Assembly: GCA_964187785.1 (NCBI GenBank)
Contig: OZ076415.1
Span: 48,794,001-48,858,000 of the forward strand
Source: Amphiscolops sp. MND2022
Lineage: Eukaryota
Length of the DNA: 64,000 nt
Direction: 5' to 3'
Shown: piece by piece, positions 36,671 to 48,426 of the stretch
Numbering within the stretch: the first letter of the stretch is position 1
How the letters are laid out: every line of letters begins with the position of its first letter
The notes under the pieces: generated by a model
The model's database searches: none
Told to the model about the DNA's origin: nothing
What the model saw: the letters and a program-made list of their open reading frames with translations, nothing else
Position numbers and translations under genes: made by a program

Positions 36671-39600
36671 ATGCCTATTATTTTCCGCCCACATATAACG
36701 GGGAAGGAAAATGATAATATGCTTTTTTTCAATTTCTGCCAAACCTCCTCCCAGTTTCTTCGACCTCACCTATAGTTACTTGACTATTTTAGTTACTAGT
36801 AACCGTTACTGACTAAAATAGTCGAATAACTAAAACAGCTCAGAGGGGGGAATAATATCTAAAGTCAAAAATGGGAATAAGATCTAAAATTTCAGGACGG
36901 GAATAATATCTGAAGACAATATAAAGAGAAATATCACTAAATTCAAGATCTTATATTTTAAATCCTATTTCCCCTCCACAGCTATGGCTCAGTTGGTGAA
37001 GGGAAGAAGGCGGAAGATATGCCGGTGCTTAGCGGGCGTCTTGTTTCACACGAATTGTGATTTTAAGCCTTAAATCTTTACATCCATTTTTACACATTCC
37101 ACTGAGATCCTTCTCAATCCAGAAGAAATTTTCAGTATTCGTCAGCTAAAACATAGTGTCGACAGTGACAGTCTGTTCCTAGCTAAAAACGCAATAAAAT
37201 GTTTGGAAAATGGCAAGGGAAATGTATTGCTTGATACTTGATACCTGGGAACATGGACCTTGATACTTGGTCAAAATTCAGCATTACTGGGTACCAATTT
37301 CGATTTTTTTGAACAAAATATTTACGACTGCCAATGACTGGTTCAGGATTATTAGGAATTTGAGGACTTTCGGAAGCTGAAGTTAACCTTGGCAGTCAGT
37401 CCTTGGAATCCTTGAGTTATCCTGACTTAGGCCCACTGGAGTGTCTGTGTGGAAATTTGTTCATTGAAAATCATTTTTTCCGTCTTGATTCTGATTTGAA
37501 AACCTTTCACTATCACGAATATTGTTTCTCTGTGCAGTTTTTCTGTGAATCTTTGGATGCAACGCATATAACTTTTCCTCAAAATTGTATATCTCTCTAA
37601 ACTTGTGCCTCGACACGATAGCTCCTCAAAAGTGTTCTATCGATTGAGAGAAAGCAGAACGCTTTCTTTTGAAAACTTAAAATGTATTTATTCGGAACCG
37701 AAGCATGCCGGACTCAATCTAGCATGAAAGTTGAAAGTTTTATTTTCTTGAACGCTTATATAATCCAACATTTATCATAAAAATTAAAATTGAACATTTA
37801 AGCGGGACAGGGCATAATCAGCTCTTTGAGAGAACCAAATTCAGATCAACTCATCCTGATTCATTTGCTATCCGCAATCTCTTATTTCTACATAATATAA
37901 TTTTCTTTTTTTGTTTAATTAAAATGTATGATTCGGCTGTATTTTCAATTCTTTCAAAACATCCTGTAGAAAACTATTGAATGCGATGGTTAACTTATGT
38001 TTAAACTGAGATTGATTGGAATCCAATCGTTTGACGTAAGAATGAAGTTTTTCGTAGGGTTGAAGTGGATTTAACTATTGAAACAACTAAGAAATAAAAT
38101 TTAAACAGTCTGAATAAATTTTTTGGAACCAATTTTTTTCAAACTTTCGACTACACTAGGCGAGGTGAATCAAATATATGAAACGTTAAAATGAAGTTCA
38201 CTCACCAAGTTTTTGGGAAAAATAAGTTGGTGTTACGTAAAATCAACAGTAACCCGTTTCAGAGTTGCGCATAAGTCCTTTATAGTAAGGCTACTGTTAT
38301 CAGTGCCACGTGTCAGTTAATTCCATTTTCTTCACATGCGCAGCTGAACAACTACGTGTGTGTTTTTTGTTTCACCGTTAGCTGGCTGGTTTGATGAGTT
38401 CATCAAAAATTAATCAACTTTCAATGCATGCACATTTGGCACACATGAACTTATCCACGTTGTTCTTCAATCTGCTCCAGAGTAAGAATGGCAGTTATTC
38501 CGTAGAATTCGCCTGTAAAGTTGGACTTGTGTAATTTCGTGAAAATTGCGTGTAATCGGTTATCAAAATTGAATTGAAAGCTTCTTGTGGACATTCTAGG
38601 ATAAATTTCATCAACCGAATTGGTCACCTAGTGTTTAGGCTCTAGCCATTTGAAAAACTAGTTTTAGTCGAAGCCTTAGAATGAAACTGTCAGTTTTCGG
38701 GACATATTTAAATTATATCAAATTTTTACCTTGTCGTTCCAAATTCAATCTTGTAAAACGCTTCCAAATTTCCAACTTAAGGACTCCGACCGCGAATATC
38801 TGCAAACGCTGTCTGCAATTTCAGACCGGAATTTGTCCAGAAATTTCATTGAAAGTTTTGTCTTAATTTTATCATTGTTTTGTTTTTGTGAGGTTGAACT
38901 TTATATTTTACGTGATCTTTGTGCTTTTTTGAAGGATTCCACCCAGTACACCACATTTCGTGCACGGAATTTTATGATCTCATGTGATTCCATGAATGCA
39001 ATCAAATGGTTCCATGCGATTTCATGCTTGATAATGGTATGAAATTATCATATGGAACCATATGATTCCATGCATGAAATGGCATGGAATCCCATGTTGA
39101 GTTGGATCTGTTAATCGAATGAAAGCTTAGACGATGAGGCGTTATACGTTAAAGTTATAAGGTTAATTGAGGTGAGACCCTTTTAACTCCGAAAAGTGGA
39201 ACAAGGAGCATGCGGTGAAACCGATAATCCTTACTTTGTTCAAGTGGATACAAGACTTAGTAGAAATGTATACAGGTAAACCTTGTATTGCATTCCCTAG
39301 CATGAGAGTTCATAGTTAATCTGATCGTGTTTCGACCTCACTACGATAGTCGTGATGGTGCTGTGGAAAGTAATTGCAAACAATTTTCGGCACAAAATTT
39401 ACGTTAAATATTTTCTCAAAATCGTCAGAGATAAACAAAACAAAGATACAATTGTAAAATAATCTTTATAAAATCACAACAAGCCAGAACGGCATAACTC
39501 GGCGTCATATCTAAGGCTCAAAAATAGCAAAAGGACATGAAAGTGTCAAAAAACTCAAAGTATCAAACTGACAAAGAGAGTATCAAACTCACAAAAAACC

Positions 39601-39781
39601 CAAATGACGGAACTGGCGCGACAGATGCCCGCTAGCGCGGGCCCCTGGCGCACTAAAAGGGGAATCCTTTCGGATTTTTAAACATCCATTGTTGCAAAAA
39701 AATAATCATTGAAGGGGGACCCTTTGGTGAAAAAAAAATTCAAAAAAAGTCTCACAATGCCAAAAAAACTGAAAGGGTGGA

Positions 39782-39969
39782 AGTAGTGAGTAAAGGGGGG
39801 GGGTTTAGGTAGATTTTGAATCCTTTGCAACTTTTGCTAACATGAAATTTTGGTAGCTAGAATTATCAGCTGAGAGTGACAGTCATATGGCAACTGAATA
39901 CACAATGGACTAAACAAGTTTAACATTGACAGTTGGTTGACATTTGGCACACACAAAGTATCGATATTA
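39782..39969 (+). repeat. Maverick left terminal inverted repeat
   Basis: Reverse complement of 53641-53828. The outer ~66 bp are identical except G-run length (9 vs 10); about 13 differences overall. Confidence 0.95.
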
Positions 39970-40457
39970 ATGAATTCTATCATGGTTCTGAAATTGAACC
40001 CAAACCTAACAAAAGTGACACCGGTTGTCTATTTCCATTGATAAGATGTATTTGAAACTCAAATGAAACCACGCTTTATTGAAACTGAATCTTCTGAACC
40101 GAACTTTATCAAAACTTTCGAATGGAAAATGCTTCAACCTAAAGCACCAGTTTTAAACGAACCATTTTTTATTCCGAACTTTTCTTCGAAATGAAAACAA
40201 ATTGACTGTTCACTGAAAACAAGGTTTTAAAATGATCGAATTTCCGAAGAGGAGGCTTTCCTGAATCGAATTACAATGACTCGTTTTCGATTGAAAAGTT
40301 TTGCAAAAATGCAACAAAAATTGAAATGATTACTTTTGATAGAAACATTTTCTAAAATTGAAGTAAACTAGATTGAATCAATGAAAGCACAAAAATGTCA
40401 ATGCAAAAACCAATGAAGAAAGCCTTCTCTTTCAGGTATTCTTTCGAATGAAAGATC

Positions 40458-43400
40458 ATGCATCTGTGTGATACATGCGGAAAAGTCTTCACTTCTCGAC
40501 GGTTTTTGAATAACCATCTCAAAACGAAACATAACCAAAACTTGGTGGAGAACTCTACCTCATTCGAATGCGGAGAATGTCGCAGTCAATTCAACCGAAG
40601 CCACAATTTATTGAAGCATCTTAGAAATCAACATCAGTCTCCATCGGCTCACAGGTGTTTCTTTTGTTCCACATATTTTGCGCATGAGAAATCTTTGCAC
40701 TTTCATGAGAGAAAAGATCACGGCCTGAATGAAATAAAACATCAAAAAAAGAGAATCTTTTCCTCAGCCCCTGTTGAATTCACGACTAAAGCCATTAATG
40801 ATAGATTCAAAGTTCATCGCTTGAAAATTATGCGAACAGACTTGTGTATCGATCCATTCAATTATTTGATATCGAATCAACAGAGTATATTGGATTTTGT
40901 GAATGAGAAACTCAGTCAATCGTCCAATTTAAAGGTGGGAGTTAGCATTGCTGTTAAACTTGTGAAACCACTGACCAACGATGACATGACTGCTTTCTTC
41001 AATTCTCATTTCATGCGTTTGGCTGATCATATCACAGATGAAGAATATCACGTTCACGTAGACCAATTAATGTCCAATTTGAGTGTTTACGCATCCTGTG
41101 GATCTGGTTGGGTGATAGATTCTCTACTTTCAGTTGAAGTCAAAACAGCTACGTGCCAAATGGCCTGTGGATCTTCATACATTGCAACGCCAATTATTCT
41201 TAAAGGTCTTTCCCGCAGCTTGCTGAATATCAAGAACAAAAAGGACAACTTTTGTTTTCTTTACTGCGTGGCAGCTGCAATATTCTCTTTCATTGGTCGA
41301 CCCAGCCATCCTAGTAATCACAAGGAAAATGTGAGGCGACTGAAATGTAATTCTGCGCGAATGCCAATGCCCTTATCCAGTATTCCTACTTTCGAGCGGT
41401 CAAATGATGTTTCAATCAATGTCTATCAACTGGAAGGAAGGAAGTTGGTTGCTGTGTATTATAGTAAGCGAAAATCTTCGAAGCGACGAATTAACCTTCT
41501 GCGTTTGGTAGGGGGCTCCAACTCTCACTACTGCCTAATCACTAATTTCTCCAATCTTCTTCAGCGACTAACACGATCGGAGAGCAAACGTAAAAAAGGT
41601 TCAAAGTCAAAATTCTGCTCCAACTGCTTTCAGCCTATCATCAAGAAAAATTTCAGAAAACATTTCAAATTTTGTGAATCAAATTCTCCACTCGAAATTC
41701 GTATGCCGACGTGTGCTCCTTTTGTCGAGTTTGTCAATTGGCAGAAAACACAGAGAGTTCCCTTTATTGTTTACGCAGATTTGGAAGCAATTGATGTCCC
41801 TTCGAATCCATCTACCACTGTGGGAAGCAACACTAAAGAAATTGAAAAGCAGTTTCTCTGTAGTTTTGGTGCTGTTCTCATCGACGATAGAAGTAAGTTT
41901 GTCAGTATTAGGTTTTTCGGCATCAAAAATTTTCGTTTCACAAAAACCGTTCTGACCCAAAATTTTTGGTTTAGGTAACAGTGTTGTGAAGAAAGAGTTC
42001 TACAAAGGAAAAGACTGCATTCAACAATTAATGAAGTTGCTTCGGTCGTGGTCAACATGGTGTTTCAAAAAGAAACAAAAATGTAAAATTCTACGAATAT
42101 CCAAAGATGATAGAATTTCTCTACTGAACCAAGATGACTTGAGATGCTGTTTATGTGGTGAGGAGATGGAAGAAAGTCAACGGGTAATTCACCACTGTCA
42201 CCTAACTGGTGAAATATTTGGAGTAGCTCATTCCAAGTGCAACCTGCGTGCGAGAACAACAAATTTCCTGCCGGTATTTTTTCACAACCTTTCGCGTTAT
42301 GACGCTCATCATATTATTAAATACTTGGTAATCGAGACTGGTGAAAAGTTGTCAGCTATTGCTAAAAACGATGAAACTTATATTTCGTTCTCTTTGGATA
42401 TGCCCATGGAAAAATTTAAAAGCAAGAAGGGTCACGATGTCATTCAATATCATTCTTTACGGTTTCTGGACAGCTTCCAGTTTATGTCTCAGAGCTTGGA
42501 TTCTTTAGCTAAAACCTTGGACAAGCAAGACTTCAAGTTGTTGAAAGCATGTTTCCCAAACATCACTGAAAGTATCTTTGAAAAATTAACAAGAAAAGGA
42601 TTCTTTCCGTACAATTTTCTCGACTCCCTCGAAAAATTTGCAATGCCACTTCCACCTTATGGCCCTGACTGGTTCAACACCTTGACTCAACGTATTGAAA
42701 TCACCGAGCAAGATTATGGTTGTGCTTTGGAGATGTACAATGCTTTTCATTGCCAAAATTTAGGCGACTATCACGATATCTATCTGAAAAGTGATGTGTT
42801 CATCCTGGCCGACATTTTTCAAAAGTTCAGGGAGGTATGCATGCAAGTCTACAGGCTGGACCCAGCTCACTTTTATTCGGCTCCGAACCTGAGTTGGGAT
42901 GCCATGCTAATCACAACTGGCGTTAAAATGGAACTAATGCAGGACATTGATCAGCTGTTGTTTTTTGAAAAGGCAATCCGAGGAGGAATCAATGGTCTTG
43001 GTGCACTGAGGCATTTTGAAGCTAACAACAAGTATCTGGATAATTTCAATCCTGAAAAAGACGTTACTTTTGGGGCGTTTTTTGATGTAACATCTCTGTA
43101 CGCAGGAACAATGCAAATGGAAATGCCGCTCGGAGGGTATCAATGGTGTCCTGAAATTACTCTGAATGAAATTCTGTCTACGCCCAATGACTCTCCCGTT
43201 GGTTACTTCGTCGAGGTTGACCTCGTGTACCCTCCTGGAATACACGACTCTCATAATGATCTTCCATTGGCTCCGGAAAAATTAAAAATACCTAAAGAAT
43301 GGAAATCGGATTATGCCAAGTCATTTGGTTTGAATATGAGCTCGGCGAATGAAAAGCTTGTAGAGACCCTGCTCGACAAAAAAAACTACATTTGCCATTA

Positions 43401-44906
43401 TGAAAACCTAAAATTCTATGTCAAACACGGTCTTAAAGTCACGACTCTACACCGGGCGGTAAAATTTCAACAGTCAAAATGGTTGGGAACGTACATTGCC
43501 AAAAACACTGTAATGCGTAAAAGTGCCGCAAATGACTTCGAGAAAAACTTTTACAAGCTAATGTCGAACGCTTGTTTGGGCAAAACAATGGAAAATCTCA
43601 GAAGACGTAGTACTCTAAAGTTCGTATCAACGGAGACTCAAGCTGAAGCATTCATTCAACGGGCAACCTTCAAGAGTTTCAAAATCATCAGCAAAAATCT
43701 TGTTACTGTTTCTTTGAAACCCTCTTCAGTGGTATGGAACAAACCGACACCCGTTGGCGCGAGTATTTTGGATTTGTCAAAACTTTCTTTGTACAAGTTT
43801 CACTATGAGGAGATGCTTCCACGGTATGGAGCAGACCGGTTGAAAGTAGTGTACAAAGACACAGACTCCCTGCTTTATCGAATCAAAACTGAAGACTTGT
43901 ATAAAGATATGGCCACATTCAAACATCTACTGGACCTCTCGGATTATCCTGCTGATCATTTTCTCCACGACAAAACCAACAAAAAAGTACCATTAACAAT
44001 GACGGATGAACTCAACGGAAAAGTTTTAAAAGAAGTTGTCTGTTTGAGATCTAAATTGTATAGCATCGATTACGTGGGAGGAACCAAGCAGAGTGCTAAA
44101 GGCGTTCAGAAATCTGTCAAAAAAACGCTACATCATAATTTATTCGAGGATTGTCTACTTTCTCAATCAACAGTACGTAGAAAGATGATTCAACTCAAAT
44201 CAGCCAGTCATCAAATAATTGTCAACTCTGTCAACAAGGTTGCTTTGAGCTGCTACGATGACAAGCGCTATATTTTAGATGACACGGTATCCTCCCTTGC
44301 ATATGGACATTATTCCTTGAAATCGTCTAGTCGACTAACGAGTGAGTAGACTTCTACATTGGGGAGATGTGAATGGTCTTTCGAGCAAAAAAAAATTTGT
44401 TTTTTTTGTAGGTCAAAGTGATTCGTCTGTTGATTCTGATGCATCCAATGATTCTTTCGACGGTGATGCTTCAGACATTGAATCTGAAACCGACGAGGAG
44501 GTTGGTAGTGGTGCTGATACTTGCTCTCTATCCAATACAATGAGCCCATCTGCTAGCAACAGCTCTCCTTGTGCCAATCATTGCAGTGTTCTAGCTCAGG
44601 CATGGAGCTCTGTGGAATATAGTTAGTTTTCATACAATACCTTGTACTAATCGATAAACTCGACGAGTGTGAAACGAAGATGTTTCAATTTCAGCTGCTC
44701 CAGATCCTGGATTCTTTCTCAACCAAACAAGCGGCGAGAATTCTGACCATGAAGCTCAGTGTATCAATTTTGAAACCCTTACCGATGATGAAGTTTCTGA
44801 TTCCGATGCTACACGTTTTGCCTGTCCCTTCATAGACTACGAGGCTACTGAAAGTGATGTAAGCCCTGATGATGAACCTTCCCGTAAAAAGGCTTGTCAA
44901 AAGTAA
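40458..44906 (+). CDS. Protein-primed family B DNA polymerase (pPolB) with N-terminal C2H2 fingers; predicted 4 exons, 1407 aa
   Basis: Exons 40458-41892, 41975-44341, 44412-44621, 44695-44906 (total 4224 nt, in frame). ExoI YADLE, ExoII FHNLSRYDAH, ExoIII YLKSDV, PolA FDVTSLY, PolB KLMSNACLGK, PolC YKDTDS. EndoVII-like insert CCLCG...IHHCHLTG...AHSKCNL. Intron 1 is required to join the domains; introns 2-3 are inferred (without them the protein ends at TAG 44349). Confidence 0.9.
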
Positions 44907-44976
44907 AATTCAACTGCCAATGTATATGCAAGGTTCTGTAAATCTTATATGCATTTACAGGTTTGATACCCATCAG

Positions 44977-45582
44977 TCATGTTACTTTATACATCAACAT
45001 CGTTTTACAGTGATCATTACAAAATAAAACCAAATCGATTTCTTGCATTTGTTTTAGCGGTTCCAACAAGGTTACAAATTGAGAGTGAAAAGTCTCCAGC
45101 TTGATAGAGTGTTGATCAGCTAGACGCATCAAGTAATGAGCCATGTGAAGACAATGCAGACCGCAAGTGTTTGAATGCGATGTTTGCAAAGGAAACTTGA
45201 TTTCAAAAATTTCTCCAGTGCCAATCTTTTTGAAAAGTGTCATCAAATGTTCAAAAAATGAAGTGTAATTCTGAATAGGTTTTCCCAATGGGTCCCATAC
45301 ACAAAAAAGTGTTCTCAATTGCCTCTTGAGGAACACTTGCGGTCTCAATATGAATAACAGCAACCAATGCTGTCCAACAGCTCCTACTGGAGATGTGTTA
45401 ATTATGAAATAAGAGTGCAAAAACAACGTCTGAAAATCTTTGCTACTTGTATTAACAGTCTCATTCTTCATCGCCAGTGACGGTAATGAGAAATTGTTTG
45501 CCGACCAAACACCAGCAAATTTAAATCGCGAAGATGCACAGCAGTTTTTAGCCAAGTCTGTAAGTGTAAAGTTATCCATCAT
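44977..45582 (-). CDS. Adenain-like (Ulp1/C5 family) cysteine maturation protease
   Basis: GQHW (His), WDPLG (Asp), PLQ...SNTCGLHC (Gln/Cys). ATG at 45582 overlaps the MCP stop (ATGA). Confidence 0.9.
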   Translation of the reverse strand: MMDNFTLTDLAKNCCASSRFKFAGVWSANNFSLPSLAMKNETVNTSSKDFQTLFLHSYFIINTSPVGAVGQHWLLLFILRPQVFLKRQLRTLFCVWDPLGKPIQNYTSFFEHLMTLFKKIGTGEIFEIKFPLQTSHSNTCGLHCLHMAHYLMRLADQHSIKLETFHSQFVTLLEPLKQMQEIDLVLFCNDHCKTMLMYKVT

Positions 45583-46949
45583 TTGCTCCGGCAATTTTTT
45601 CGTATATTACGCCCAGAGTCAATAAATACTTGACTGAATCGTTCACCAACAAGAAAAAGTTCCACAGGATCCGTTAAGGCTTCTGAAAAATCCAACTTTA
45701 GAGTGAGGCCACCTCCAGTGAGTTCCGGAAAAAGAGTGAGCGTCTTGCTCGCTTCTCTCGACGAGGTTAAATCGAAAACTAGGAAAAAGTGGTCATCTTC
45801 AAAGTCTGCCATTCCTATTCCATTCCCGCCAGTCTCAAAACCTAGAGCACAAATGGTGTTGTAAAAAAGACGGGTGCAATTTGTAGTCCTTATGGGTGTC
45901 CCAGCAATGGGAACTCCATTGCCGCGCTGAATTTCAACTTTACTCAGGTTGAATTTTTTGTACGGCGTGCATTCAATTGTCGATCCCCTGAAAAACTTGT
46001 TTCTCACCATGCACAACGTCAATCTGCGGATGGGTTCTGTTCCAAAAATGTTTTCCTTCACAAAACAATTTTGTCCAGCCTGGATTATAAAGCTCTTGTT
46101 CAGGCTCTCGATGTAAGGATAAACAGCGTCACTTTTCAACAGAGCTTTTTCTATGCTGACTCTAACTGAATCAGACAACACAATTTTGTTTACAAACAGG
46201 GATGCCTTTTCAATAACTACAGAGAAAGGCGCCTGATCGATTCGTTTGATGTCATCCGCAGTCCATGTTCCTACACTTTCGAGAGCGCAATTGCTCGGCG
46301 ATATGTAGAACCGCAAATGGAGTGAAACCCCAGGCAAAAGTAATCGCTCACAATCCAAAAAATCAATATGCGGCGCGCCATAGAGCTCAATTTTGAATTC
46401 TTCGCCTTTTCGAAAATTGTCCAGCTGCTTCATCTTTAGTTCTTCATTAGACTTTTCATTCGCTCTGTAGTGATAGCCTTGACATTGAGCCCAAGTCATT
46501 TTGCTGGCAATGTCCGTTGTAAGTTCAGTTTCGATGTAGGCCAAATGATGATAATTATTGTTGCTGCTGGAAACCAATTTTCCATCGAGAAAGAGCTCCA
46601 CATGTGAAAATAGAGAGTGTAAAATGTTATTTGCAAATGTGAGGTCCACGTCTGCAGGTTTAATTTTGTCTTTGCCATCTGGTCCGTAAATGCACACCTC
46701 CAAAGCCAGACAAAGCCTGTTCAAATCTATACAATTTTTGTTTTCAGCTGAAACGACAAAATCCAGTTGGGGCCCGCGACAGCCCACGTGGGGAAACACT
46801 TCCTGATCAAATGAACCTTCATAATTGATCAATACAGTCGGTTGCTCGAAAAAGTCCAAAGCACTGTGCGTTACTGGTCTGGCAATTTCCGACGCTTGAG
46901 TAAACAAAGTGCCCGTTGTGCCATTGCTGCTTCCACTATTCATTGGCAA
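45579..46949 (-). CDS. Major capsid protein (double jelly-roll, Maverick PY/hexon-like)
   Basis: 456 aa intact. LDFFEQPTV...LDFVV...IDL, FANNILHSLFS.VELFL, LYGAPHIDFLDCERLLLPGV, FLVFDLT motifs are typical of Maverick MCPs. Position between the core protein and protease also fits. Confidence 0.88.
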   Translation of the reverse strand: MPMNSGSSNGTTGTLFTQASEIARPVTHSALDFFEQPTVLINYEGSFDQEVFPHVGCRGPQLDFVVSAENKNCIDLNRLCLALEVCIYGPDGKDKIKPADVDLTFANNILHSLFSHVELFLDGKLVSSSNNNYHHLAYIETELTTDIASKMTWAQCQGYHYRANEKSNEELKMKQLDNFRKGEEFKIELYGAPHIDFLDCERLLLPGVSLHLRFYISPSNCALESVGTWTADDIKRIDQAPFSVVIEKASLFVNKIVLSDSVRVSIEKALLKSDAVYPYIESLNKSFIIQAGQNCFVKENIFGTEPIRRLTLCMVRNKFFRGSTIECTPYKKFNLSKVEIQRGNGVPIAGTPIRTTNCTRLFYNTICALGFETGGNGIGMADFEDDHFFLVFDLTSSREASKTLTLFPELTGGGLTLKLDFSEALTDPVELFLVGERFSQVFIDSGRNIRKNCRSK

Positions 46950-46959
46950 AATAGAAAAG

Positions 46960-47451
46960 TTAGGCGAAGTTGACGTTAGAAAGAATCTCGGACCGACTTC
47001 TTTTGGCTGACTTCTTTTTAGAAATGGTCGCCAATGGTCTGCTAGCAGTGCTTGTAATCTTATCTTTGCCTTTTTTAGTAGCCGGTGAGCCCGAATGACG
47101 CGAAGGCCCGTTCGGCGCCGCTTCCCGGAGCGTGACCTTGGTCGTCGCCGTGCCGCCGTCGGTCATCATTGTTTTCATTGCACTTTTTTTCAAAGTGTCT
47201 TTCAAAGCTTTGCGAGGTCTCTTTCTCCCGGAAACAACGTTTGACAGTTCAGGAACAAAAGCAGAAACTAAGTTTTTTCCAAACTCTTTTGCAACTGGCA
47301 ACACATATTTTTTCACAAGAGGTACCGCTACCCTTCCCATACGCATGGCAAAAGCGCCCATTCCACCGGATCCAAATTGCCTCGCCGGGCCGCCAAATGT
47401 TGTTTGATGATGACTTTGCAGTCGAATTTGAGAATCGTAATGAGCATCCAT
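46960..47451 (-). CDS. Basic core/membrane-lytic precursor protein (Maverick pX/pVI-like)
   Basis: FGGPARQFGSGGMGAF (QxGxG protease site), then an amphipathic helix and a Lys/Arg-rich C-terminus. Confidence 0.7.
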   Translation of the reverse strand: MDAHYDSQIRLQSHHQTTFGGPARQFGSGGMGAFAMRMGRVAVPLVKKYVLPVAKEFGKNLVSAFVPELSNVVSGRKRPRKALKDTLKKSAMKTMMTDGGTATTKVTLREAAPNGPSRHSGSPATKKGKDKITSTASRPLATISKKKSAKRSRSEILSNVNFA

Positions 47452-47494
47452 ATAGCGACCGCTTAGTGTGATGACTTTGACCAGAATGGAGCTC

Positions 47495-48396
47495 TCAGCG
47501 TTGGCGAAATTGAAGAGTGATGTTGGTGCGGCCGCGACTTAAAAAAGGTAACAATTGGCCAGACTCACTGCGTAAGGAAATTGTTATAGATTCGATGCTC
47601 GATTTGACTATTCGTCGCCATTGGAGATTGGTAAATGTTTGATAGTTTAGATATTGTTGCCCACGGTGTTCACTTAGGAAATTGCTTAGTGGAATTGCAC
47701 GTAGTAACGCAGTCTGTGAGTCTCCCAAAATTTCGTTTTGCACTAAATTGCAATAGAGAAAGATTGTGTTGCACCCACCGCTGATATCGATTGGAAACTT
47801 GCCGACAGTCTTTGATTTCATAGGGCTGGTTCTCGAAGTTGAACTGCTCTCCTTACAATCAATGACCGTTTTCAGTCCCAACACGTTTTGCAAATCGTTT
47901 GTTGTAGCTTCCAATAGGATGCAATCACGTTCGCTACCATCAAAACAAACCTTCAATGTTTGTGAAGATTTGTCAACCTTCCATGTAACTGGCAATTTTG
48001 CTGCAGCATTTGGAAAGACTTTTTTGAAAATGCTCTCCAAAATTTGGTCGACAGTCGAGTACAATCCTGGTTTAATGCTACAGGTCCTCTCTTCAATATG
48101 ATCTTCAATTTTAGGAGGGGTGTACATTGTCACTAGGCCATACGCCCTCTTGCGAGTTTTTTTACCTTGTTCCTCTTTATCATCTGGTTGAGCTGGCCTC
48201 AGCTGGTACTTGAATTCGCCGCAGGTAATGTTTTGAATTGCTGAAGGCCACGAAATTTCAGACACTGCTACTTCCCACGATCCTGATAAGGAGAGCTGGT
48301 GTGGTAGTAAAGTTGTGAATTGTGCCAGCGTATTGTTTGGAAACGTTGCCATTGAGGCATTGACACTAAATTTATTGTGAAGTCTTGGGATTGCAT
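47495..48396 (-). CDS. Minor capsid protein (penton, single jelly-roll) with a 1-nt frameshift near the N-terminus
   Basis: FPNNTLAQFTTLLP...WEVAVSEI, FLYCNLV..EILGDSQTALLRAIP, IESITISLRS...LLPF. Upstream ATG at 48396 reads MQSQDFTINLVS; adding one A at ~48360 restores LVSNASMATFP. Confidence 0.85.
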
Positions 48397-48426
48397 TTCC
48401 ACCAGTTTGTTCAAGGAGCTTCCGAG

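Noticed and set aside
33330-39470. Host gene in this interval (and likewise 54150-58400)
   Set aside because: Only short ORFs and repeat debris. I could not assemble phase-consistent exons with a recognisable product.
40458-44349. Two separate genes or a frameshifted pseudogene for pPolB
   Set aside because: A canonical 82-nt GT-AG intron joins the ORFs exactly in frame.
44310-44900. Minus-strand ORFs 44310-44549 and 44691-44900, and plus ORF 44342-44626, as independent genes
   Set aside because: They are better explained as shadows or parts of pPolB exons 3-4. The 44342 start is GTG, coinciding with a splice donor.
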